Notes: a model not told the origin generated them from the letters alone. A stretch of 24,396 bases of DNA from Capsulimonadales bacterium (GCA_033762295.1 JANRLW010000016.1:1-24396); one strand, 5' to 3'. Counted from the stretch's first letter, positions 8,693 through 16,534 are shown. Numbers and translations are program-made.

Positions 8693-9817
8693 CTATGAAT
8701 TTTCCGCCGGCGCATCGTCGATTCGGTTCATCAGGGAAGGCCCGATCGGAATCGGCGCGGGGCGCTGGCAGACGGTACGCATGTCGTAACGCCGTCCGGT
8801 TTCCGCCGAAACGTGTATTCCGTGCATCGCCTCCAGAACATGCAGGCCCATCTCGGCGCTGCATCGGTGAGGACGACCGGATCGCAGGGCCAGCGCCAGA
8901 TCGACGGCTCCGATCCCCCGATTGCCACGGTCGTTGAAGCCATGCGTCAGCGGAACCTCGCTCCAATCGGTCGCCCCCTGACGTTTGATCCGCACCGGAC
9001 CGCCGAACCAGTTCGGGTCCGGTGTCGAGAGGGTTCCTTCCGAGCCGTAGATCTCGATCCAGGGAAGCTGGGAAGCCCAGACGTCGAAGGTCGTAATCAG
9101 CATTCCGGAACCGCCCCCGGCGAAATCCAGCAGGCCGAGTACGTGGGTCGGCACCTCGACCCGGACCGACTGACCGTATCGCGGCTGGCTGGTGATGGTT
9201 CGCGTCGGAAAGGTCGTTCGCGCCGACCCGGTGACGCCGGTGAGGGGGCCGATCAGCGAAATCAGCGTCGCCAGATAGTACGGCCCGAGGTCGAACATCG
9301 GCCCGCCACCGGGTTCGTAATAGAAATCCGGATTCGGGTGCCAGTGTTCGTGTCCGTGATTCAGCACCGAGGCGAATGCGCCGATCGGTTCGCCGATCCA
9401 TCCGTCGTCGATCAGCTTCCGGCAGGTCTGGAAGCCGCCGCCCAGAAAGGTATCGGGAGCGACGCCGATCCGCAACTGGTTGCGTTCGGCTGTCGCCAAC
9501 AGTTTCTCGCCCTGTTCGAGGGTGATTCCGAGCGGCTTTTCGACATGGACATGCTTGCCGGCCTCCAGCGCGGCAAGGCATATCTCAAAGTGCGCGGCCG
9601 GAGTCGTCAGGTTGACGACCATTTCGATCTCCGGGCGGGCGAGCAACGACTCGACGGAGTCGGCCGCGATACCGAACTCGGTGGCGCGCACCTGCGCCCG
9701 CGCCGGGTCCTGATCCGCACAGGCGATCAGGCGGATCTCCGGGAACTGCTGAAGTGTCCGTAAGTAGGTGCCGCTGATGTTGCCGCACCCGATCAGACCG
9801 ATATTTACCGGCTGCAT
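8693..9817 (-). CDS. Gfo/Idh/MocA-family NAD(P)-dependent oxidoreductase
   Basis: Start reassigned to ATG 9817 (RBS GGGAGAG), 374 aa. IGLIGCGNIS, AGKHVHVEKP, GGGPMFDLGPYY, IYGSEGTL. Confidence 0.92.
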   Translation of the reverse strand: MQPVNIGLIGCGNISGTYLRTLQQFPEIRLIACADQDPARAQVRATEFGIAADSVESLLARPEIEMVVNLTTPAAHFEICLAALEAGKHVHVEKPLGITLEQGEKLLATAERNQLRIGVAPDTFLGGGFQTCRKLIDDGWIGEPIGAFASVLNHGHEHWHPNPDFYYEPGGGPMFDLGPYYLATLISLIGPLTGVTGSARTTFPTRTITSQPRYGQSVRVEVPTHVLGLLDFAGGGSGMLITTFDVWASQLPWIEIYGSEGTLSTPDPNWFGGPVRIKRQGATDWSEVPLTHGFNDRGNRGIGAVDLALALRSGRPHRCSAEMGLHVLEAMHGIHVSAETGRRYDMRTVCQRPAPIPIGPSLMNRIDDAPAENS

Positions 9818-9852
9818 ATCTCTCCCTGTGGTCCGTGAACGGACAAACGCAA

Positions 9853-10668
9853 TCAGGCGATGTCGGGAACCGGGGCGTACTGGTTGCGCCCGCACGTACG
9901 ATCCTCGCCGCGAACGAGATAGATTTTGTGGTCCTTGCTCCATCCTTGCGCCTGATGAACGACGTTCGCAGGCATGTAACGCATCGTATAGCCGCATCGG
10001 CGGAGGGACGACGTGTTCGGATTGGAACCGTGGACCGTCCAGGCATCGTGGAAATGGCACTCCCCGATCGCCAGTTCCAGATCGATCGCTTTCGATTCGT
10101 CGACCAGGTCCTGGCGAAGACGCGCGTGAAACAGGTCGGTCGCCTTATCGACCGGTTCGTACATTTCCATCGAATCCGCCGTTTTGTGCGAACCGGGAAT
10201 AACCCTCATGCAGCCGTTCTCGACGCGGGAGGGGTCCACGGCCAGCCAGAGCGTGATCACGTCCATCGGCGAAAGAGCGTTGTTCCAGTACGCGCCGTCC
10301 GTGTGCCAGGGAACGCGTTTGCCGTCGCCGCCGGGCTTGGCGATGAAGTGGCTCGACCAGAGCACGATATCCGGACCGATGAAATCCTGGACGACATCCA
10401 GCACCCGCGGATGGGCCAGATACCGAAACAGGTACGCATCGGTGAAATGCGGCGTATCCATCTCCTCGGGCCGCTTACCGGCGGGCAGTGCGGCGATCCT
10501 CTCATCGACATGCCGGCGGAGTTCGCTCATTTCGGCATCGTCGAAGATACGCCCGAACTTCAGGTAACCTTCCTCCCGGTAGAAGCGGACCTGTTCCGGG
10601 GTGGCGTGCTCCAACGGCGCATCACCGTTCGGTCGGGTATGTGCGGCATCCGTCATTCTGTGTCTCAT
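9853..10668 (-). CDS. Phytanoyl-CoA dioxygenase (PhyH)-family Fe(II)/2-oxoglutarate dioxygenase
   Basis: FYREEGYL, K.PG, WHTD (HxD), ENGCMRVIPGSH, HGSNPNTS..RR. ATGA overlap with the TPR gene; alternative ATG at 10656. Confidence 0.92.
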   Translation of the reverse strand: MRHRMTDAAHTRPNGDAPLEHATPEQVRFYREEGYLKFGRIFDDAEMSELRRHVDERIAALPAGKRPEEMDTPHFTDAYLFRYLAHPRVLDVVQDFIGPDIVLWSSHFIAKPGGDGKRVPWHTDGAYWNNALSPMDVITLWLAVDPSRVENGCMRVIPGSHKTADSMEMYEPVDKATDLFHARLRQDLVDESKAIDLELAIGECHFHDAWTVHGSNPNTSSLRRCGYTMRYMPANVVHQAQGWSKDHKIYLVRGEDRTCGRNQYAPVPDIA

Positions 10669-11915
10669 TCCTTTCGCATCGGTGACGCGGAGGCCTGGCT
10701 CCGCGCCTTCGGGCGGGCGTCCAGCGCCATCGCCTCGGTCTTTCGTCCTGATTTATTCAGCGCGAGCACCAGCAGTCGCCGCGCCTCCGAATCCTCCGGT
10801 CGGCGTCGAAGCGCCTCACGTAGTTCGACGATCGCTTCCGGCAGCTGGCCGACGTTCAGATATTCCTGCCCCATGCGCCGGTGCGCTTCCGGTCGTTCCG
10901 GATGCTGCCAGACCGCATCTCTCGCATCCCGATACCGTTCGTTTCGGGCGATCAGACGGCGGTAAGCGGCCATTCGGCGCTCGCCCAGCGCCCGTTTCGC
11001 CTTATCGCGGGAGCGCAGATAGAGGCCACCCAGATAGTAGGCGGTTCGCTCGAACTCCGGGTCCCGGCGATAGACGATCTCATATTGCTCGATCGCCGCG
11101 TCGTTCTTTCCCTGAAGCTGCAGCGCTCGCCCCAGCCAGTAGTGTGCATCCGTCTCCTTCGGCGAGATCCGTAACGCGGCGCGGGCCTCCTTTTCGGCGT
11201 CCGCAAAACGCGGCGGCTTCCAGCCTTCGCTCAACAGGAGGCGAGCCAGTCCCGTCCGGCACGCCGCTTTCGCCTGCGAGTCGGCGGTCGTGTCGCGGAC
11301 GCGCAACAACAGGGTTTCGGCTTCGGGCAGACGTCCCTGGAGACGATATGCCTCCGATAGTAGTGTCATAATCGCCACGTGACCCGGAAAACGGCGAAGT
11401 CCTTCCACGGCGGCTCGCTCCATCTGCGGATACTGGAAACGCATATACGCCTGAGTCGCCAGCAGGACGAACAGTCGGGGGTCTGTCGTTCCGGCGCGTT
11501 CCGCCTGGACGACCTTTTCCCTTCCTTTCTCGAACCAGACCAGCGAAATATAGATCTCGCCGAGCCGTAACGCGCTGTCGGCATCGTCGGGGGCCCGTTG
11601 GAGCGCCTGTTCCAGGGCAACGATCTCGCGATCCGGATAGCGGGCCTTTCGATAGACGGACGCCAGTCGTCGATGGGGTACGGGATCGTTCGGAGCCAGC
11701 GTCGCCGCCCGTTCCAGTTGACGGATCGCCGCCGCCCAGTTTCCGGACCGCGCCGAACTCTCCGCGCTCCGCAACAGACGTGCGGCTTCGGTTTCGGGAC
11801 GCGGCGCGACGGCTCCGGCGGACGCCTTCTGAGCGGCGGCCGGTATCGCCGCCCCCCAGATCGTGACCGAGAGGATCGAAATACCGGCGAGCCACGGAAG
11901 GCAATTCCGAATCAT
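10665..11915 (-). CDS. Exported tetratricopeptide-repeat protein
   Basis: Signal peptide ending ...IPAAA|QK. Repeated TPR units such as AHYWLGRALQLQGKNDAAIEQY and AHRRMGQEYLNVGQLPEAIVELREALRRRP. Confidence 0.85.
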   Translation of the reverse strand: MIRNCLPWLAGISILSVTIWGAAIPAAAQKASAGAVAPRPETEAARLLRSAESSARSGNWAAAIRQLERAATLAPNDPVPHRRLASVYRKARYPDREIVALEQALQRAPDDADSALRLGEIYISLVWFEKGREKVVQAERAGTTDPRLFVLLATQAYMRFQYPQMERAAVEGLRRFPGHVAIMTLLSEAYRLQGRLPEAETLLLRVRDTTADSQAKAACRTGLARLLLSEGWKPPRFADAEKEARAALRISPKETDAHYWLGRALQLQGKNDAAIEQYEIVYRRDPEFERTAYYLGGLYLRSRDKAKRALGERRMAAYRRLIARNERYRDARDAVWQHPERPEAHRRMGQEYLNVGQLPEAIVELREALRRRPEDSEARRLLVLALNKSGRKTEAMALDARPKARSQASASPMRKE

Positions 11916-11921
11916 TCCGGT

Positions 11922-12161
11922 TTACCGTTGCGGAGCGGCCGTCGTTGTTCCGGGAGCGACATTCGGCGGTCCCCCGCCGGGCCGGATTCCCGCCTGACGC
12001 AGTCGTTCCTCCGTCCGTGACATGCCGGCCTGAGACTCCTGGAGCACCTTCGGGTCCAGCTTCGGTTCATGAAGGAACCGGAAGTACAAACCGACACAGA
12101 GGGCGACGAAAATGACCGCGGCAATGGCGATTCCCGTCGTGGCGTTGATTTCCTTTTTCAT
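11922..12161 (-). CDS. Small single-pass membrane protein (79 aa), hypothetical
   Basis: ATG 12161 with RBS GGAG. MKKEINATTG + hydrophobic IAIAAVIFVALCVGLYF + short helix and Pro/Gly-rich tail. Fits the gap between the pilin and TPR genes (6 nt to the next ATG). Confidence 0.75.
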   Translation of the reverse strand: MKKEINATTGIAIAAVIFVALCVGLYFRFLHEPKLDPKVLQESQAGMSRTEERLRQAGIRPGGGPPNVAPGTTTAAPQR

Positions 12162-12188
12162 AGTGAACTCCGCGGTGAGCAAAATTGG

Positions 12189-12220
12189 GACTTCCCGGCC
12201 CGCCGCCGGACCGGGAAGCC
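12189..12220 (-). terminator. Strong intercistronic stem-loop after the prepilin gene (partial terminator or mRNA stabiliser)
   Basis: Minus strand GGCTTCCCGGTCCG-GCGG-CGGGCCGGGAAGTC (14 bp, 2 G-U pairs) followed by CCAATTTT, an offset and imperfect U-tract. Confidence 0.55.
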
Positions 12221-12232
12221 ACGGGGCGATGT

Positions 12233-13141
12233 CTACGGACCGCCGCCGATATGGGTACCGGCGAACAGGTCGTTCGTGATCCGGGTATTCCGGAGCCACT
12301 TGCTGTGTCCGTCGGCAAATCCGATATTTGCGCCGGCGGTGTGTCGCGACTTGCTGTCCGCATCGGCCCGCCATGCATCGGGCGGAGTGCCGCAGGCCAG
12401 ACCGACGTTGTAGTCATACTGGACGCTCGGGTCTTTGGCGAAGGCGACCCGGTTGATGAGACAGTAGTGCGCGTTGTCGTTGGGATCGTTCGGGTCCGGC
12501 GTCCGGGTCCAGGAGCCATCGCCGTTGAACGCCGAACCGGTCGACGGCCAGATCGAATCGGCGACGAGCATGGTCTGGGCGGGTTTTTCCAGAGCGGCCA
12601 GTGCCGTCGGACTCAGGCCGTTCGGCTGAGGATTACCCAGTTCGCCGAAATGCAGCGGTTCGTTGACACCGTACGACATCGGCTGGTCGACGATCGCCTG
12701 ATTGATGCCTTTCGCAAGCAAGTCGTCCCGGTTACAGGTTTCCGACCAGCCGCCGATACCGCCCGACCCTTCGCCGGTACAGGTGGACGGTGCGAGGCGG
12801 AGCGTATCGTCCGGGCACGAATAGACCTGACCGTTCTTGACATACGGGTAGATCGCATTGAACCAGACGGTGGACATGACCCCCTTGTTGACCGAGGCGG
12901 AACCGCTATAGTCGGAGTTCTGGGTCCAGTTCCAGTAGGGGAAGGACTCATCGTAGTCCTGGACATACTGCACGAACCCGAGCGTCAACTGCTTGGTGTT
13001 CGAAAGGCAGGAGATCTGGCGTGCTTTCGCGCGTGCCTGAGCAAAAACCGGGAAAAGAATGGCTGCCAGAATGGCAATTATGGCGATGACCACTAGCAAC
13101 TCGATCAGCGTGAACGCGTATTCCTTACGGAATCGGGACAT
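12233..13141 (-). CDS. Prepilin-type N-terminal cleavage/methylation protein with C-terminal H-X9-DG motif (DUF1559-like)
   Basis: ATG 13141 with RBS AAGGAGGT, 302 aa. MSRFRKEYA|FTLIELLVVIAIIAILAAILFPVFAQARAKARQISCLSNTKQL...QYVQDYDE; PYVKNGQVYSCP; RHTAGANIGFADGHSKW (H-9 residues-DG). Confidence 0.95.
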   Translation of the reverse strand: MSRFRKEYAFTLIELLVVIAIIAILAAILFPVFAQARAKARQISCLSNTKQLTLGFVQYVQDYDESFPYWNWTQNSDYSGSASVNKGVMSTVWFNAIYPYVKNGQVYSCPDDTLRLAPSTCTGEGSGGIGGWSETCNRDDLLAKGINQAIVDQPMSYGVNEPLHFGELGNPQPNGLSPTALAALEKPAQTMLVADSIWPSTGSAFNGDGSWTRTPDPNDPNDNAHYCLINRVAFAKDPSVQYDYNVGLACGTPPDAWRADADSKSRHTAGANIGFADGHSKWLRNTRITNDLFAGTHIGGGP

Positions 13142-14186
13142 GAACGTTACCTCCTTGTCGTTGGGGCGAAGCGACGGAACCACGCTCCGTCAGCGTGGTC
13201 GGAAAGACGAGTGAGCGCGACTCCGGTTGACCGGGAAGCGCGGGTTGCACCAGAAGGCGGACGGCCGCTTCCGCCATTTCGGCGATGGGTTGACGGACGG
13301 TCGTCAATGGGGGTGAGAGAACGCGGGCATGTTCGATATCATCGAAACCGACCACGGAAAGGTCTTCGGGTATGCGTAACTCCAGCCGCTCGGCGGCCCG
13401 GTACGCGCCGATCGCCATGTTGTCGTTGCCGGCGAACAGAGCGGTCGGTCGGTCGGGGCGGGTCAACAGCGAAAGGGCAGCCTCCTCCGCTTCCTGCATG
13501 ATAAACGCGCCGTTGACGATGTGGTGCGAAGGAACGGTCAATCCCCTCCGCTGCATCTCACGGACGAAGGCCTCTCGTCGGATATCTCCGTCCCAGTTGC
13601 CGACCGGGCCGGCAAGATGGGCGATCCGGGTATGCCCGCAGGAGACGAGATGCTCGATCGCCGAGGCGACGCCGTTCTCGTTGTCGCCGTCGATGGTGAC
13701 CCCATGCCGGAACTCGGCGCGGGCTCCGATCGCGACAAACGGCAACCCCTGCGCTTCGAGGAATCCGAGAATCGGTTCGTCCTTTTCCGGTGAGATCAGG
13801 ATGAACGCGTCGGCTCGCCCGTCGGCCAGAACATAGGGATCGATCGGGTCGTAGCTCAAGCTGGCGAACAGCAACGGATTGCGCTTGACACGTAACACGT
13901 CGAGCAGCAGAAGATTGAGAATGGAACGGAGAAAGTAACTGTCCGGATCGGTCACCGGCGCTTCCTGGAACAGGACGATCCCGATCACATCGGTCCGTCC
14001 GCGCGCCAGCGCTCGGGCCAAGCCGTGGGGCCGATAACCGAGGATCGTCGCCGCATCCCGGACCCGCTTCCGGGTCTCCTCCGGAATGCCGTTGCTTTCC
14101 CGGTTGCTGAATACGACGGAAACCGTGGTCGGACTGACCCCCGCTTTCTTCGCCACATCGCTGGCCGTTACGCGACTTCGCCGCAC
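13125..14186 (-). CDS. LacI-family transcriptional regulator
   Basis: HTH TASDVAKKAGVSPTTVSVV, hinge ARALARG, sugar-binding domain with PTALFAGNDNMAIG and IPEDLSVVGFDD...PPLTTVRQP. GTG start with GGAGG. Confidence 0.95.
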   Translation of the reverse strand: MRRSRVTASDVAKKAGVSPTTVSVVFSNRESNGIPEETRKRVRDAATILGYRPHGLARALARGRTDVIGIVLFQEAPVTDPDSYFLRSILNLLLLDVLRVKRNPLLFASLSYDPIDPYVLADGRADAFILISPEKDEPILGFLEAQGLPFVAIGARAEFRHGVTIDGDNENGVASAIEHLVSCGHTRIAHLAGPVGNWDGDIRREAFVREMQRRGLTVPSHHIVNGAFIMQEAEEAALSLLTRPDRPTALFAGNDNMAIGAYRAAERLELRIPEDLSVVGFDDIEHARVLSPPLTTVRQPIAEMAEAAVRLLVQPALPGQPESRSLVFPTTLTERGSVASPQRQGGNVHVPIP

Positions 14187-14211
14187 GGTACCTCCGTCCT
14201 CACTGCCGAAG

Positions 14212-14245
14212 TTACGGAAGGGCTTTACTAAACCGCTTCCGTAAA
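14212..14245. promoter_or_regulatory. LacI-type operator(s) overlapping the predicted transcription start
   Basis: Minus strand TTTACGGAAG-CG-GTTTAGTAAA (14245-14224), CG-centred and AANCGNTT-like. A second, inverted overlapping copy TTACGGAAG-GG-CTTTACTAA at 14212-14231. Confidence 0.72.
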
Positions 14246-14246
14246 C

Positions 14247-14275
14247 AATGTACGCCGAATCGAAGATTCTGTCAA
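14247..14275 (-). promoter_or_regulatory. Sigma70-type promoter of the lacI-pilin operon
   Basis: TTGACA(14275-14270)-N17-TACATT(14252-14247). Confidence 0.82.
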
Positions 14276-14396
14276 GACGGATTTACCCGCGTCCTGGCAT
14301 ATTCACCGGCTCTGCGCAACCCCTCACGGCAGAAGTCGGGCGACGAAAATGTCCCCGGGCCATCGGTCGGGAATTCATCGATTTCTCTCGGGTTCG

Positions 14397-15257
14397 TCAG
14401 CGAAAGAACCGGTCGAAAAACGCCTCCGGATCGACGGTGACCGCCACCGAATGCGGTCCGTTTTCGTCCGGTGCGAACCGGGAGGCACCGACCGTCGGCC
14501 CTACCGTATCGATCGATACGGTGCCCCGTTCGTAACGGCACAGTTCCGGGGCGAAGATCGTCGCGGCAGCCAGCGGATCATGAAACACCATCCCGCCCCA
14601 CCGCTCGAGCGATTCCTGCCCGATCTCCCGGGCGAGGTCGAAAAGCGGCCGGACAAACCGCCGCCGTAACGTTGCCGCATCCATCCATAACCGGTGGGTG
14701 ACGTCCAGCCCGACGACCCGATGCCGGACGGACCGGCGAAACACGATGGCCGACGCGTGCGGATCGCCACTCAGGTTCCACTCCGTCTCGCCGTAGTTCG
14801 GCGGTGGCGGACCGAACACGCCCCCCATCGTCACCACCTGTTCCAGCATCGACGGAATCTCCGGGTCCAGGGCGAACAGCAGACCGATATTGGTCAGTGG
14901 CCCGATCGTCAGCAGGGAAACCTCGCCGGGATGACGCCGGATCGTCTCCCGCAGAAACGGCACCGCCCCACCGGACTCGAAACGGTCGGTATGCGAGTAA
15001 CGTTCGGCGACGTCGGCTTGCGGCGCTTCCGTCTGGTACTGAGGAATTAACAGGGGCGATGCCGTGCCGGCATAGATGGGTATGTCCCGACCGACCGCAC
15101 GGCACAGGACGCTGGCGATCTTCGCCCGGCGTTCCGGCTGGCCGGTCACCGTCGTGATGCCGAGCAACTCGGCATCGGTCCGCTCGAGCAGATATGCCAG
15201 GCAGACCGCGTCATCGATATCGCTGCCGATATCGGTATCGACAAGAATTTTATGCAA
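14397..15257 (-). CDS. Nucleoside hydrolase (IU-NH family)
   Basis: KILVDTDIGSDIDDA, LLTIGPLTNIG, EWN...DPHAS, VGLDVT, FHDPLAAA. Start probably TTG 15257 (GGAGGT 7 nt upstream); alternative GTG 15266 overlaps the upstream stop. Confidence 0.9.
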   Translation of the reverse strand: MHKILVDTDIGSDIDDAVCLAYLLERTDAELLGITTVTGQPERRAKIASVLCRAVGRDIPIYAGTASPLLIPQYQTEAPQADVAERYSHTDRFESGGAVPFLRETIRRHPGEVSLLTIGPLTNIGLLFALDPEIPSMLEQVVTMGGVFGPPPPNYGETEWNLSGDPHASAIVFRRSVRHRVVGLDVTHRLWMDAATLRRRFVRPLFDLAREIGQESLERWGGMVFHDPLAAATIFAPELCRYERGTVSIDTVGPTVGASRFAPDENGPHSVAVTVDPEAFFDRFFR

Positions 15258-15262
15258 CGTGC

Positions 15263-16534
15263 TCACCTCCAGGTCGCCGAAACGGCGATCCGGCGCGCAA
15301 CGTTCGCCGCGATCGAAAGGCTGACCGTGACCACCGAACCCCGCATGCACCAGGTGCCCACCGCCATTTGCGACGTTTCGGCGACCCACTGCTGTAAGAC
15401 ACCGTCGATCTCGACGGCGGGACCGGAAAACAACGGCCAGGGCATCGGGATCGAAACGGTCAGCACCTCGCAACCGAACGGCGCGCTCACGTCGACCTCG
15501 ACCCGATCCGCCGTGGCGGTCGAATGGAAACGGACCGTCTGCCGCATCAAGGTCTGATCCGCGATCTCGGAAAGTTTTCGCCACGCGACCCGCTCGCCGA
15601 GGAACGCTTCGACGCGAGCGACCACCTCACGATAGGCGGCAAACCCCCTTTGGGAACCGTTAGAGTAGAGCGACTGCCAGTGGGTAACCGTCACCATCGG
15701 GCCACCGCCGTTCAGCAGTTCGATCAGTCGCCCGCTTTTCCCGTCCGCCGTCAGGAAGCGGTCCGCCAGTCGCTCCGGGGACCACTCCCCTTCCGGGCTT
15801 CCCCGCTCCTGGGTGTTCCAGAGGTAGTCGTCCATCGCCGACCACACGCTGACCACCGCCTCCCCGGCGCTCTCGTCCAAATACGTCAACCGGGGCGGTA
15901 CGAAATGAGAGACCCCGTCCACATGCAAAAAATTATGGGTGACGCTTCGTCCGTTCACGGCTTTTTCCGCCGCCAGAATCGCCCGGGCATACATCGATTC
16001 GTCGCCGTTGTACGTACAGGGTTGAGTCAGACCATGGTTCGGCAGGTCGGCCTCCCGGAGGATTCGCATCGCCGTGGTGAAATAGGCGGTCAGGGTCGCC
16101 TCGTCCTGACGGTCGATCCAGTCGTGCTCTCCGATCGGCAGCATCCGCTCCGTCGCCAGGTCCAGAGCGTTTGTATGGGTCAGAATCTCGCAATGGATAT
16201 CGAACCGCGGGGCGATATATGTCCGCGCCAGGGAAAGCCACTCCCGAACCTCACCGGAATCAAACCCGCTTAGCCCCTGATCGATCCGACCCAGACCTGC
16301 AGGGAACGGCAGAACCGTGAAGTCTCCCCGAATGCCGCTGCCCGCGACCCATTCGCACCAGTCGCGCATGAAATCGAGCGGAATGGTCCGTTCATGCGCC
16401 GGTTCGTCCTCGCCATCCACCTGGTGTCGGAAGTACCAGAGCGGATTGATGCACGGAGCGGGATCATCGACGATCAAGGCGATCGGCGTACGAAGGTTCG
16501 GATGCTCGACATACGGCGCAGGGGCGAAAGCCAT
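15263..16534 (-). CDS. Hypothetical protein, possibly polysaccharide-deacetylase-like (beta/alpha barrel) with a C-terminal beta domain
   Basis: 423 aa, no signal peptide. IALIVDD, GDFTVLP, HCEILTH and VTHWQS resemble NodB/CE4-like motif order. Stop overlaps the next gene's RBS. Confidence 0.6.
   Translation of the reverse strand: MAFAPAPYVEHPNLRTPIALIVDDPAPCINPLWYFRHQVDGEDEPAHERTIPLDFMRDWCEWVAGSGIRGDFTVLPFPAGLGRIDQGLSGFDSGEVREWLSLARTYIAPRFDIHCEILTHTNALDLATERMLPIGEHDWIDRQDEATLTAYFTTAMRILREADLPNHGLTQPCTYNGDESMYARAILAAEKAVNGRSVTHNFLHVDGVSHFVPPRLTYLDESAGEAVVSVWSAMDDYLWNTQERGSPEGEWSPERLADRFLTADGKSGRLIELLNGGGPMVTVTHWQSLYSNGSQRGFAAYREVVARVEAFLGERVAWRKLSEIADQTLMRQTVRFHSTATADRVEVDVSAPFGCEVLTVSIPMPWPLFSGPAVEIDGVLQQWVAETSQMAVGTWCMRGSVVTVSLSIAANVARRIAVSATWR

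Noticed and set aside
9831..9844. Small hairpin GTCCG-TTCA-CGGAC between the phyH-like and Gfo genes
   Set aside because: Only a 5-6 bp stem with no U-tract; too weak to call a terminator.
9818..10060. N-terminal extensions given by the ORF track (also 12162-12374, 13142-13183, 15267-15584, 16582-16665, 20705-20863, 22117-22212, 22877-22921)
   Set aside because: Most overlap the upstream gene; downstream starts have RBSs or coupled stop/start overlaps and coincide with the beginning of the domain or signal peptide.
12233..13141. Interpretation as a classical type IV pilus, T2SS or competence locus
   Set aside because: No PilB/PilC/PilD/secretin or minor pilin cluster in the window; the neighbours are catabolic genes.
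14276..14396. Possible riboswitch or ncRNA in the intergenic region upstream of lacI
   Set aside because: It lies upstream of the predicted promoter and shows no recognisable aptamer consensus or convincing stems; an Rfam search was not possible.
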